Shown piece by piece: positions 45,266 to 55,049 of a DNA stretch of 64,000 bases (its first letter is position 1; the number at the start of each line of letters is the position of its first letter). The translations under genes were made by a program, and so were the position numbers. The stretch covers positions 38,615-102,614 of the forward strand of contig JANQFQ010000035.1 in assembly GCA_028277765.1 (NCBI GenBank). The letters are read 5' to 3'. Under the pieces are notes generated by a model. It saw only the letters and a program-made list of their open reading frames with translations, searched no databases and was not told the DNA's origin. The stretch comes from Desulfobacterales bacterium. Its GTDB lineage: Bacteria > Desulfobacterota > Desulfobacteria > Desulfobacterales > SURF-7.

Positions 45266-46849
45266 ATGACTCCAGAAGAAAAAAATAATAGACGCTGGGT
45301 CAGGACGGTCACACTCACACCACCTTCACTGCAGGACAACACAGCAGATGCCGACAGACTTGCCGGCGCACTAAAGGTTCTTCTTAAATCCGACGAGATA
45401 GATATTGATATTACTCTTTTGAGAACCCTTCCGGATCTTCTTCGGAAATGGGGATATCGGGCGCGCTGTATTCTTTGTAAAAACAGGGGACGGTGGGTTT
45501 TGGCGGGCATTATGAATCCTGACAGCCGGTCCCCGGCAGCAGGACTTGCCGTGGATATAGGCACGACCACGGTTGTTGCTCGGGTAATCGATCTTTCAAC
45601 CGGAGCGACACTCGCTGAGTCATCTTTTGATAACCCGCAAATAAGTGAAGGACCTGATATACTTGCCCGGATTCATTTTTCCGCCCAGGATGGGGGCTTG
45701 GGGAAGCTGAACAGGCTCATCATAGATGGCTTGAACAGAGAGATTATAAAACTGTGTGAGACCTGTGGAATCAGTGCGGATGACATATACCTTGTCGCGG
45801 CAGCAGGCAACACCGCCATGACTCACCTTTTCTTGAAACTTAATCCCCAGTGGATCATCAGGGAACCATATATACCTGCTGTAAACAGCCCCGGTCTTAT
45901 TCCTGCTCATGAACTGGGCATTAAGGTGAACCAGCAGGCCCGTACGATTATATTTCCCAATATCGGAAGTTATTTTGGGGGTGATCTTATTGCGGGCATT
46001 ATTTTTTCTGGCTTACACAGGCATGAGGAAACAGCCATTTTAGTTGATGTTGGGACTAACGCAGAAGTCGTCCTTGGGAACAAAGACTGGATGATCGCTT
46101 GTGCCGGAGCTGCCGGACCTGCCCTGGAAGGCGGGGTAACAAAAATGGGGATGATGGCGGGTCCCGGGGTTATCGACAAGATAACCATTAATACTGATAC
46201 TGGCAATATAGTTATTCATATGATTGATAACGAACGTCCAAAGGGAATCTGCGGATCGGGGCTCATCGATCTTGCAGCAGGCCTTTTCCTGACTGGTATG
46301 GCTGATGTCAGGGGTAAGTTTAATCCATCAACATGCGGTAGCCGTCTAACAGAAAAGGAAGGGATCCCTCATCTTATTGTTGTGTCCGCGGAAGAGTCTG
46401 CCACAGGGAAAGATCTTACAATCAGCCAGGCAGACCTGGACAGCCTTGTCAGATCAAAGGCAGCCATGTACACAATCCTAGAAACAATTACGATGTCTGT
46501 GGGGATGTCCCTTACTGACCTGGCGACGTTTTATGTTGCAGGGACCTTTGGTTCATTTATAAATCCACGGTCAGCGATATCCATCGGTATGATACCCGAC
46601 CTGCCCCTTAATACATATAAAACCCTTGGCAACAGCTCAATTGGCGGCGCGACCATGGTGCTTTCCTCATCAGAATACGCGGAGGAGATTGAAATAATCA
46701 GAGACCGTATCACTTACCTTGAGCTGAACGTTAACCAGGAATTTATGAACCGGTTTTCCGCAGCCAAATTCTTCCCACACACGGATGTAACAAGGTTTCC
46801 GTCGGTAAAGAAGCGTAAGGTGAAAGGGCGAGGTTTCCCCGGCCAATAA
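45266..46849 (+). CDS. ASKHA-fold protein (DUF4445 / RACo-like corrinoid activase C-terminal module) lacking the ferredoxin domain
   Basis: AVDIGTTTVVARV (phosphate-1), DVGTNAEVVLG and a Gly-rich AGAAGPALEGG pattern fit the acetate/sugar-kinase-like fold of RACo-type proteins. No N-terminal 2Fe-2S cysteine motif is present. Confidence 0.6.
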   Translation: MTPEEKNNRRWVRTVTLTPPSLQDNTADADRLAGALKVLLKSDEIDIDITLLRTLPDLLRKWGYRARCILCKNRGRWVLAGIMNPDSRSPAAGLAVDIGTTTVVARVIDLSTGATLAESSFDNPQISEGPDILARIHFSAQDGGLGKLNRLIIDGLNREIIKLCETCGISADDIYLVAAAGNTAMTHLFLKLNPQWIIREPYIPAVNSPGLIPAHELGIKVNQQARTIIFPNIGSYFGGDLIAGIIFSGLHRHEETAILVDVGTNAEVVLGNKDWMIACAGAAGPALEGGVTKMGMMAGPGVIDKITINTDTGNIVIHMIDNERPKGICGSGLIDLAAGLFLTGMADVRGKFNPSTCGSRLTEKEGIPHLIVVSAEESATGKDLTISQADLDSLVRSKAAMYTILETITMSVGMSLTDLATFYVAGTFGSFINPRSAISIGMIPDLPLNTYKTLGNSSIGGATMVLSSSEYAEEIEIIRDRITYLELNVNQEFMNRFSAAKFFPHTDVTRFPSVKKRKVKGRGFPGQ

Positions 46850-46883
46850 CTCAATCCTTTCTGATTGGCCATTTTTGTTTTAT

Positions 46884-46949
46884 TTAACAAGGATAAACAG
46901 GATGGGCAGGATAAATAAACATCCTATATATCCTGTACATCCTTGTTAA
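46884..46949. repeat. Family-5 (ACAGGAT-word) nested palindrome between convergent genes; possible bidirectional terminator
   Basis: The outer pair is TTAACAAGGAT ... ATCCTTGTTAA (11 bp). The inner pair is ACAGGAT...ATCCTGT. Related words (ACAGGATTAACAGGATTGACTGGATT) lie at 48886-48916. Confidence 0.5.
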
Positions 46950-46967
46950 TTTATGTTTTTTAAGTCC

Positions 46968-48704
46968 TCAGTCCTGTGTTTTTACAAGAAACAGATGAAT
47001 ATACCGCGGATCAAGATCCTGAACTGCGATATCGTTGTACTCAGATTCTATCTCTAAAAAAAGATTTTCAAAGGTCTTTCCCAGTTTTCCCGTAATGTCA
47101 CTGTTTGCGAGTCCGGAGCGGGCTGTTAGCCAGTTTAGAAAAGATGTTTTTGCGGAGATATCTATTCTGTATCGATCAGCGTCTTTGGTTTTAGAAAAGA
47201 TTATTTTATAGAATCGCCTGAATTCATCAAGGGAAATGGGTCCTGGTGTGTCTGGTAGGCTGAAACTATGTTTAGACCACATGGTGAGTATATGGTTTTT
47301 CCATGTAAGGACGGTATTGGTGCTTGCCTCAGGCGTTTCATCTAATAGAGAGAGGAGGCGGTCAAGCTCGATAATCGCATCCAGTATCTCTTCAGTTTCT
47401 CTAATATCAGATTGTTTTTTAAATTCCCTGAAAAGAACGCCGGTTTTATAATTGTCATAATACAGGGGACGTTTTACAAGGAGCCCGCCTAGAACACCCA
47501 ACATATGCTCGCCCCAGAAACTTAAAGGGAGACCGCTTTCTTCAAACCAGCTGTTGTTCCGCCATTTTTCGGCTCTCCATTTCAGTTCAAGGGGAAGAGC
47601 GTAACCTGTTCGGAAGATATCCGCCAGTGTGTGTTTCTTCAAAAGGGGTGTAGTATCAGCTGGCTCAGGCCAGTCTTCTTTGCATAGACTCTGTAAACCG
47701 ATGCTCAAATAACTGCAGGCTTTATCAACAATATCCCTTAATTCATCTTTTCCCTTGATTACTTTCCGATCAGCTGAAATAAGACGGTTACAGAGAGCAG
47801 CAAACTCCGCCTGGAGCTGCATAAGGAGTTCATCGATGTCCATGGTCATGAGGGACCGGGCAAAAATATTGTCTTCAGTGAGCATCCCGGCTGAGTAGTC
47901 CGGAACAGGAAGAAGGGTGTTCCCTTCTGAATCTCTCATGACATTTTTCGTTTCAACCGTGCTTAGTGCTTTTGGCTTCAGGGGCTGATAAACGCCGATA
48001 GCCTCTTCAAAAGGGAGAAATCCTTTTTCAGCCAGCCGGATGTTCCTGAGCCGATACTCCTCTTCTTCCACTTCAGCCGGGATAACCGTTTGTGTCTCGT
48101 TAAGCATCGCCTGAAATATCAGATGGTCCTGTTCGGCTAGAAGTTTCAGCAGGTGCGCAAGAATGGTTCGTTTTTTTTCCTCCTTTTCTTTTTCTTCTTT
48201 TTCTTCAAAAGGGTAATCAATAAACCTGATATAATAGACATCATCAAAAGTGAAGAAATCATTTCCAAAAGTAGAAGGATCCTCATCATGTTCTCTCTTC
48301 CTGATTTCGATATTTTTAAAAAGAAAGAGCTCAATAAATTCTACCTTTTCACTGGTCAGCCAGCTGGTCAGTCTTGCCGGGTCTGCTTTGATTAAGAGGT
48401 CAATCCATTTAGAGACGGCAATACCGCTGACCTTGTCCTTGTCCCAAACTTCCTGATCAATCATATATTCCCATTGTCTGTTTGACGCCATCGCAAGGAT
48501 TTGTAAGGCATCGTGAATGCCGATTTCATTGATCAGAATATGTAGGTCCTGTTCGGGAAAGGAATGAACTAGAGGTAGTGCTTGGGGAGAATCAATGATT
48601 TCGCTCAAAGCTTTTTCAGGGGGAAGAGAAAGAAGCCGCTGCCGCTCGCCGTGCAGTTTTGCAAGCTGTTTCTCAATATTTTTCTGTTGAATCAGGTCAT
48701 TCAT
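46968..48704 (-). CDS. Conserved-looking hypothetical protein with an internal Glu/Lys-rich tract
   Basis: The 578-aa ORF has coding-like composition and an FEEKEEKEKEEKKR low-complexity insert. I recognise no motif. Confidence 0.5.
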   Translation of the reverse strand: MNDLIQQKNIEKQLAKLHGERQRLLSLPPEKALSEIIDSPQALPLVHSFPEQDLHILINEIGIHDALQILAMASNRQWEYMIDQEVWDKDKVSGIAVSKWIDLLIKADPARLTSWLTSEKVEFIELFLFKNIEIRKREHDEDPSTFGNDFFTFDDVYYIRFIDYPFEEKEEKEKEEKKRTILAHLLKLLAEQDHLIFQAMLNETQTVIPAEVEEEEYRLRNIRLAEKGFLPFEEAIGVYQPLKPKALSTVETKNVMRDSEGNTLLPVPDYSAGMLTEDNIFARSLMTMDIDELLMQLQAEFAALCNRLISADRKVIKGKDELRDIVDKACSYLSIGLQSLCKEDWPEPADTTPLLKKHTLADIFRTGYALPLELKWRAEKWRNNSWFEESGLPLSFWGEHMLGVLGGLLVKRPLYYDNYKTGVLFREFKKQSDIRETEEILDAIIELDRLLSLLDETPEASTNTVLTWKNHILTMWSKHSFSLPDTPGPISLDEFRRFYKIIFSKTKDADRYRIDISAKTSFLNWLTARSGLANSDITGKLGKTFENLFLEIESEYNDIAVQDLDPRYIHLFLVKTQD

Positions 48705-48775
48705 GTTTCAGTTTACCTTGTTAAATTGTTTAATAAACCAGTTGTAGTATAATAGTCAACATGTTCTAGGGTATC

Positions 48776-49300
48776 AAGTGCCTAAAAGGCCTTGTATAGT
48801 GAAAAACAAAGTGCCTAGAGTGCCTAAAGTGCGCTAAAGTGCCTAAAGTTGTGGTATCGCTTTGCTCTGCCATATTTATGTATTTTAGACAGGATTAACA
48901 GGATTGACTGGATTTCAGTAGGGTGGGCTGTGCCCACCGGGTAACTTTAAGTATCGTGATCGGGTTAGGAAAAGTTATAAGTGCCTTAAGTTGTGGTATC
49001 GCTTCGCTCTGCCAGTATTTAAGAAACGTGGTCGTGATCGAAAATGGTGGGCACAGCCCACCCTACAATGTACTAAATCCCGCCGCGGCGGGACTAAAGT
49101 TGATGTATCGCTCCGTTCTTCCTTTATATATTCGTGATCGTGGTCAGTCCTGCCAGCAGTGGGACGGTGATCGTGGTCGTGATCGAAAAGCTGGATATTA
49201 GGTGTTGGGTAGTGGATACGAAGTCTTTGTGAAAAGGCAAATCTCCCCCAGCCCCTCTTTACTAAAGAGGGGAGTGAATCTTTCCCCTTTTACAAAGGGG
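48776..49300. repeat. BIME-like mosaic of repeat families 2, 5, 6 and GTAGGG units, plus two CCCCT(C)TTT/AAAG(A)GGGG hairpins
   Basis: Family 2 lies at 48776-48871, 48972-49013 and 49093-49120. Family 5 lies at 48886-48916. GTAGGGTGGGCTGTGCCCACC at 48918-48938 has its perfect reverse complement at 49046-49066. Family 6 lies at 49027-49044 and 49131-49188. The hairpins are at 49252-49272 and 49284-49300. Confidence 0.75.
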
Positions 49301-49353
49301 AATTGTTATTGCTGAAAAGTGACAATTTTAAATTAGGACCTGACTGTCAATGC

Positions 49354-50601
49354 TTATTTTATTTTCGACGTATTGCCAGACCATGGGGCGAACTTAAGAA
49401 GGAGAAGCATGCCTGGTATGGCTATGACTGTACAAAGTATAAAGAACCACTCCCATCCCAGATACTTTGCGAAAAGACCTGTGGGTGCTGAAGCGAAAAC
49501 TCGTGGAATACCCATTAGACTGCTGAGAAGCGCGTATTGTGTGGCTGTAAATTTTTTATTGGTTATACTGGCCATAAAAGCCACAAATGCAGTTGTTCCC
49601 ATACCGCTGCTCAAGTTTTCAAAGGCTATTACAATTGAAAGTGCTGTAATACTGCTTCCGATTTGGGCCAGAATCGCGAAACCCGCTGTGGAAGCAGCTT
49701 GCAGAAAACCGAATATCCAAAGGCTCCGGTAAATACCCAGGCGCAGCATAAGTAAACCGCCTATAAGGCTTCCAGCTATTGTAGCCCAGAAACCAAAGAT
49801 TTTAACAACTGCGCCAATTTCTGTTTTGGAGAATCCAATATCCAGATAAAAAGGCGTTGTCATCGCGCTTGCCATGGTATCACCGATTTTATAAAAAAGG
49901 ATGAAAGCAAGAATCCATATAGCGCCAGAGCGGCTGAAATATTCTATAAGCGGATCGATAACCGCTTCTTGGATATTCACTGGAGGTTTTTCAGATACCA
50001 CAGGTTCGGTGGTAAAAATAGTTGTCATAACGCACGGTATCATACAGGCTGCCATGATCATATAGACCATTGAAAATGGCATATGGTCAGCCATTATCAG
50101 TCCTCCCCCGGAAGCAAGAAGCATTCCCAAGCGGTATCCGTTTACATAAAGTGATGAACCAAGCCCAAGTTCCTCATCGGAAAGATCCTCCCTGCGATAA
50201 GCATCAACCACTATGTCCTGGCTTGCGCTGAAAAAGGTAACCATAAATGCTGCCAGTGCAACCATCCAAGGTGAACGGGCAGGATTTGTCAGACCGAGGC
50301 ATATAATGGAAACGACAAGGGTAGCCTGGGCGATCAGTAGCCAGCCTCGGCGGCGGCCTAGAACGGGGAGCGTGAAACGATCGAGAAAGGGAGCCCATAA
50401 GAATTTTAGTGTATATGGAAGACCAACAAGTGCCATTAAGCCAATTACTGTAAGGTCTACTCCTTCTTCTTTCATCCATGCCTGAAGAACGGTAATAGTC
50501 AAAAGAAGTGGCAAACCGCATGCAAATCCCATGATAAGGGCTACAAGCATACGCCGGCTGAAAATTGTTTTTATGATGTCGATTTTTCTATCAGGCTGCA
50601 A
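49354..50601 (-). CDS. ampG: AmpG-family MFS permease (muropeptide transporter-like)
   Basis: 12-TM MFS pattern. The N-terminal IFSRRMLVALIMGFACGLPLLLTITVLQAWM parallels the E. coli AmpG N-terminus. The start appears to be TTG. Confidence 0.7.
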   Translation of the reverse strand: MQPDRKIDIIKTIFSRRMLVALIMGFACGLPLLLTITVLQAWMKEEGVDLTVIGLMALVGLPYTLKFLWAPFLDRFTLPVLGRRRGWLLIAQATLVVSIICLGLTNPARSPWMVALAAFMVTFFSASQDIVVDAYRREDLSDEELGLGSSLYVNGYRLGMLLASGGGLIMADHMPFSMVYMIMAACMIPCVMTTIFTTEPVVSEKPPVNIQEAVIDPLIEYFSRSGAIWILAFILFYKIGDTMASAMTTPFYLDIGFSKTEIGAVVKIFGFWATIAGSLIGGLLMLRLGIYRSLWIFGFLQAASTAGFAILAQIGSSITALSIVIAFENLSSGMGTTAFVAFMASITNKKFTATQYALLSSLMGIPRVFASAPTGLFAKYLGWEWFFILCTVIAIPGMLLLLKFAPWSGNTSKIK

Positions 50602-50712
50602 TATCTGGCCCTGGATATGGTTTCAGGATTCTTTTTTTGTAATTTGTTTTATCGGATATAGGATATTTCAGATTACAGGTGTAATAGACTACATCGATAT
50701 TGTTTTATTACA

Positions 50713-52692
50713 CTATTTTCCGTTTTGAATTCCTTCAAGCTGGTCTGGTGTTACTATCGCACCATACTTGTCTTTCAGCTCAAGAAGTTCTCCCTTCTGT
50801 GCTGCCAGGGTTTCAAACAGCTTAGACGGTATGTTCTCTTCTTTGCCGTAAGCTTCTGTTTGGAGATCAAACCTGGCGATAATATTGTCAATATATATTG
50901 AGAACTGTTTTGTATAAAGTTCTTTCGGATATTCCTTATTGATGATTTCCTTGAAAAGTTTTTTTAGATCCTTATACTTTGGAAGGAGGCCTACGGGTGT
51001 TTCGATGACGTCCACCTCCTTGTGTGCCCGCCTTTCCAGCCAGCCCATCCAGACCTTGACATCACGTTTTTGACCAAGGAGTTTTTTTGACGTTCCGCCC
51101 CTTGCCTCATCAGTTAAGAAATAGTTCAGACCTGCCATTATCGGTCTTTTGTCTTCAGCAATTTTATTACTTCCGAAAAAATCAAACTGGGCGTCCATAT
51201 AATCACCCAGCGCACCAGGTATAAACGGTTCATTCGCCCATGGCTGACGCCTGATTCCTGTGGCGCCGATTTCTGTTGCAGTGGCTGCGGATACAATACA
51301 CGCACCGATGACAACCCCTCTTTCCGGTGTTCGGGCCACCCAAACAGGCGGCATGGTGTCACTGTCCCTTCCGCTGTATGTGATAATTCTCGTTTCAACC
51401 CCTTTGGGATCTTCACCGTCTTTTTCAGAATAATTTTTAAGGGCGGTATTAGAAATGGTGCAGCGCGAATTGGGATGGGACATGGGTATTTCCTTGCCGT
51501 TTGCATCTGTCATCCCTCTTTTCCATTCTCCCTGGAAGTTAAACCCTTTTTCAGGGGGCGGATCTTCGCCGTTGCCCACCCACTGAGGTGTATTGTTTTC
51601 ATCAATCAGGACATTTGACCATATGACTTCAGACCCGGGGTTCCTGAGCCTGTCCATGAGGCTTGGGTCGCCTTCCCAGTTAACGTCCTGAACGATCCCA
51701 AATATGCCGCATTCAGGATTAATTGATCGGATTGTGCCGTCATCAGCAATCCACAGCTGGGCAAGGTCATCCCCTACAAAATATGAGCCTGCCATGGCAG
51801 TTGTGGTTTTACCGCATCCGCTGGGAGCTGCCCCAGCCCCCCAAGTTACCCGGCCACCAGGACCTTTAATGCCTGTAATGAACATGTGCTCTGCCAGTTC
51901 TGCTTCTCTCCCTTCATATACAGCCTTGTCCACGGCAAACCGATGATTCCCTTTTTTCATCAGTAGTGTATTGCCGGCATAGGTGCAGTTAAAGCTGTAG
52001 GTTGTCCAATGACTTCGGTCCATCAAGACTCTGGCGTTTGGCAAATCTTCAAGTCGATTTTTACCTTCACTATGGATATTACAGAAAAAATGACCAAGTT
52101 TATCTACTTCCTTTTCAAAATCTGCATACGCGTTCCTGTAAAGGATTTCAGCGGAGTGCATGACGTAGGTGGAGCTTGAAATCTCAAGGGCTGGATTCGA
52201 TACAGGCGCGCCCACTGGCCCGCGCATGTAAAATCCTATCATCATGGTTTTGCCACGCATGATCCCTGTCATATGTTCCCGGACGATTTCAAGGGCGTCA
52301 GCCCGGAGTACTTTTTTTGCAAGAGAGCTGATATCCTCCCCCTCATTCGCGATATAAAATGTCCGGTCAATAATTCGGGCTTGTTCGTCCTTGAGATCAT
52401 AATGGATAGTGTGTCCTTCCATTGGCAGTTTTTTCTCTTCTCCTTTTTTTATAGAGAGGTCCCTGATAAACTGTCTGTCTTCTTCAGAGCCGGTGTTGAT
52501 AAAAACATCGTCTGGTTCGCACATGGTAATGGCATTTGCTATCTTTAAAATTATTTCAGTGTTTTTAATATGCTTGATCCTGGACAGGTGCTCTGCATCC
52601 ATCTTTTTATTAAAAATTTCAGATGCTTCTTCAATGGTTTTAATACCGCCTATTTCCTTTACAATACTAATTCCAACATTTCTTTTTAACAT
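50713..52692 (-). CDS. pckG: Phosphoenolpyruvate carboxykinase (GTP)
   Basis: A kinase-1a-like APSGCGKTT motif is present. The C-terminal NYFL...KVWMGWLERR...TPVGLLPKY parallels the NWFR/...TPIGYIP region of GTP-PEPCKs. An AGGAGA RBS precedes the start. Confidence 0.8.
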   Translation of the reverse strand: MLKRNVGISIVKEIGGIKTIEEASEIFNKKMDAEHLSRIKHIKNTEIILKIANAITMCEPDDVFINTGSEEDRQFIRDLSIKKGEEKKLPMEGHTIHYDLKDEQARIIDRTFYIANEGEDISSLAKKVLRADALEIVREHMTGIMRGKTMMIGFYMRGPVGAPVSNPALEISSSTYVMHSAEILYRNAYADFEKEVDKLGHFFCNIHSEGKNRLEDLPNARVLMDRSHWTTYSFNCTYAGNTLLMKKGNHRFAVDKAVYEGREAELAEHMFITGIKGPGGRVTWGAGAAPSGCGKTTTAMAGSYFVGDDLAQLWIADDGTIRSINPECGIFGIVQDVNWEGDPSLMDRLRNPGSEVIWSNVLIDENNTPQWVGNGEDPPPEKGFNFQGEWKRGMTDANGKEIPMSHPNSRCTISNTALKNYSEKDGEDPKGVETRIITYSGRDSDTMPPVWVARTPERGVVIGACIVSAATATEIGATGIRRQPWANEPFIPGALGDYMDAQFDFFGSNKIAEDKRPIMAGLNYFLTDEARGGTSKKLLGQKRDVKVWMGWLERRAHKEVDVIETPVGLLPKYKDLKKLFKEIINKEYPKELYTKQFSIYIDNIIARFDLQTEAYGKEENIPSKLFETLAAQKGELLELKDKYGAIVTPDQLEGIQNGK

Positions 52693-52767
52693 CCGGGTTC
52701 TCCTTTTAAACTGATATTTTAAAGCTCGTAGCTAAAATGCAAACAGATTTTTAAAAAAACACATTAT

Positions 52768-52971
52768 TTAATAGCACTCCAGTATAATATCTTTCAAGTC
52801 TCTTTTGGGAACATGATGCGTCATGTCAGTATCCCGCCAATATTTTATATCATTATCCGGTCCAACCGGATCAATTACTGCTTTTTCTTTGGGCCTGCCA
52901 ATGGCCAAAACCAGGAGAACTTTAAATTTTGGTTTAATATCAAGGCGTTTTTTTATTAAGTCAACGATCAT
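52768..52971 (-). pseudogene. Nitroreductase-fold C-terminal fragment (67 aa), probable remnant
   Basis: LLVLAIGRPKEK...PKRDLKDIILE matches only the last ~60 residues of nitroreductase-family proteins (compare VAILPVGYPAK...PKRREIEDF at 920-1462). Its ATG overlaps the rdgB stop (ATGA). Confidence 0.3.
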
Positions 52972-53615
52972 TTCTCACATGGAAAATTTTCCTGCACAGG
53001 CATATTCTGCTTCAGCCATACAAGTATCCTCTCGAATTCATTAGCAATTTCAGCCATAGCCTTGCCCCTGTGGCTGACAATATTTTTTTCTTCTGTGCTG
53101 AGTTCCGCAAACGTTTTATTAAGCGGCGGGTAATAAAAGACCGGGTCATACCCAAAACCTTTTTCCCCTACCGATTTTTCTGTTATCAACCCTTCACAGC
53201 TGGCTTCATAAGTAAGGGCCGGCCCTGTTGGAACAGCAATGGATATCACACATTTAAATTCAGCATGACGGTCAGTTTTACCTATCATCTCCTTGAGCAG
53301 TTTCGAACAAAGCTGTTCATCAGTGGCGTTTTTACCGGCATATCGGGCAGAAAGGACACCTGGCGCGCCATCAAGAGCATCCACTATAAGGCCTGAATCA
53401 TCTGCCAGTGCTGGGAGGCCGAGAATTCTTGCTGTAAAACTCGATTTTTTATAGGCGTTTTCATCAAAGGTGTCCCCGTCCTCTTCAACTTCAGGAATAG
53501 GGCCGAAATCATCCAGATTTTTTATATCCACAGGGTAATCTTTAAGTATGCTCCGAATTTCAGCGGTCTTTCCTTTATTCCGGGTGGCGATTACAAGAGG
53601 GGTGTTGATCAACAT
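52968..53615 (-). CDS. rdgB: dITP/XTP pyrophosphatase RdgB (Ham1 family)
   Basis: VIATRNKGKTAEI, ALADDSGL, GFGYDPVF and SHRGKA motifs are present. Confidence 0.85.
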   Translation of the reverse strand: MLINTPLVIATRNKGKTAEIRSILKDYPVDIKNLDDFGPIPEVEEDGDTFDENAYKKSSFTARILGLPALADDSGLIVDALDGAPGVLSARYAGKNATDEQLCSKLLKEMIGKTDRHAEFKCVISIAVPTGPALTYEASCEGLITEKSVGEKGFGYDPVFYYPPLNKTFAELSTEEKNIVSHRGKAMAEIANEFERILVWLKQNMPVQENFPCEK

Positions 53616-53894
53616 AACTACTCTTTATAATTCAAGTTTATTACCAATATCAGTGATGAACTTCCAATTTTTGCAACCAGACATTATATAAAATGAAAGG
53701 GTGTCAATAATATCCTGAAATTTATAGTTCATGGGATCTGCTTTGTAAAGATAAAGTTTTGTTTCAATACCAGTCAAGTGAAGAAAATACTTTACTCTGT
53801 TGAAATTACTGGTATATTAACTGCATAAGTATGAAAAAAAGAGAGTATTTCCTGATCTCAAGTGCTGATGTTATCTTAGAAATGGATTGAATTT

Positions 53895-54911
53895 ATGGAT
53901 ATCAGAAAAAGGCTGTATGTTCTGGCAGTTGCCATTATCCTAGTTTTTATGGGGGGTAGTGTTGGTTATTACCTCCTGTTTGGAGGAAAACACAGCCTGG
54001 TTGACTGTGTTTACATGACGGTTATCTCTCTTACCAGTGTTGGTTATGGGGAAATCATAGAAGTGACCGGTAATGTCCCGGCACAAATTTTTACAATGTT
54101 CATTATTATATTTGGCATGGGGATTATTCTTTACGGTTTAAGTACCATGACGGCAATTATTATCGAAGGGGAACTTTCAGGTATCCTGAGGTTGAATAAA
54201 ATGAAAAAAAAGATAGAGAAGCTTAGAGGGCATTATATTGTTTGCGGCGGCGGTGAAACAGGGTTTCCTCTGCTTGTGGAACTCGCGAAAAACCATGAAA
54301 CAGCCGTTCTTATTGAGACTGAACAGGAGCATATTGACAAGATCGATGAAGCGATTAAAAATCTCCTGTATATAAAAGGAAATGCCACGGAGGATGAAAA
54401 ACTTATTGACGCAGGTATTGAAAGGGCTGCGGGAATCCTGGTCGGTCTTCCTTCAGACAAGGATAACCTTTATATAACCATGACAGCCAGGATGCTGAAT
54501 AGGAACATTCGTATTATTAGCAGGATGATTGATCCTAAACTTGAGCCAAAACTCAGGAACGCAGGTGCAGATGGTGTTGTTTCACCAAACTTTATCGGCG
54601 CCATGAGGATGGCGTCTGAGATGATCCGGCCAACAGCAGTGGACTTTTTGGACAGTATGCTCAGGAGTAAAAAAGGAAACCTGAGGATACATCAACTAAC
54701 TGTTTCTCAAAATGGCGGGCTTGCAGATAAAACAATCGGTGATTCCAGGATTGAACCTGAATTTGACATGCTTGTCCTTGGATCAAAGAAAGTTGATGAA
54801 GAAGAGATCCGGTTTAACCCACCGGACTCCATGAAAATGGATATAGGGATGATACTGATTATTATGGGGGATGCCGATAATATTATCAAGTTTAAGGATA
54901 AATATTCTTAA
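53895..54911 (+). CDS. Potassium channel protein with an RCK/TrkA-N domain
   Basis: Two TM helices flank a selectivity filter TSVGYGE, followed by the Rossmann-like HYIVCGGGETG of RCK domains. Confidence 0.75.
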   Translation: MDIRKRLYVLAVAIILVFMGGSVGYYLLFGGKHSLVDCVYMTVISLTSVGYGEIIEVTGNVPAQIFTMFIIIFGMGIILYGLSTMTAIIIEGELSGILRLNKMKKKIEKLRGHYIVCGGGETGFPLLVELAKNHETAVLIETEQEHIDKIDEAIKNLLYIKGNATEDEKLIDAGIERAAGILVGLPSDKDNLYITMTARMLNRNIRIISRMIDPKLEPKLRNAGADGVVSPNFIGAMRMASEMIRPTAVDFLDSMLRSKKGNLRIHQLTVSQNGGLADKTIGDSRIEPEFDMLVLGSKKVDEEEIRFNPPDSMKMDIGMILIIMGDADNIIKFKDKYS

Positions 54912-54914
54912 TCA

Positions 54915-54957
54915 TTTGGTTTGTTGGTTCGATTGGTTTTATTGGTTTGATTTGTTT
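54915..54957. repeat. TTGGTTT-word tandem array directly after a stop codon
   Basis: TTTGGTTTGTTGGTTCGATTGGTTTTATTGGTTTGATTTGTTTT. Confidence 0.4.
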
Positions 54958-55049
54958 TAATAATGATGTTTATCTATCTGTAGGGGTGAATCAGTGTGTT
55001 TGCCCGGCATTGGGCTGTCACATAGGTCTGCCTCAACACCCTAAGCTGT

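Noticed and set aside
48776-49188. The dense short repeats might be a CRISPR array.
   Set aside because: The repeats belong to several different families, are imperfect and appear in both orientations with irregular spacing. There are no uniform repeat-spacer units and no cas genes in the window.
48923-49201. A 92-aa ORF (and those at 43254-43442, 43388-43654 and 49303-49491) lies in the repeat-rich spacers.
   Set aside because: Their translations are read straight through REP-like units (for example ...ENGGHSPPY from GGTGGGCACAGCCCACCCTAC) and word arrays. They have no RBS and their sequence is repeat-derived.
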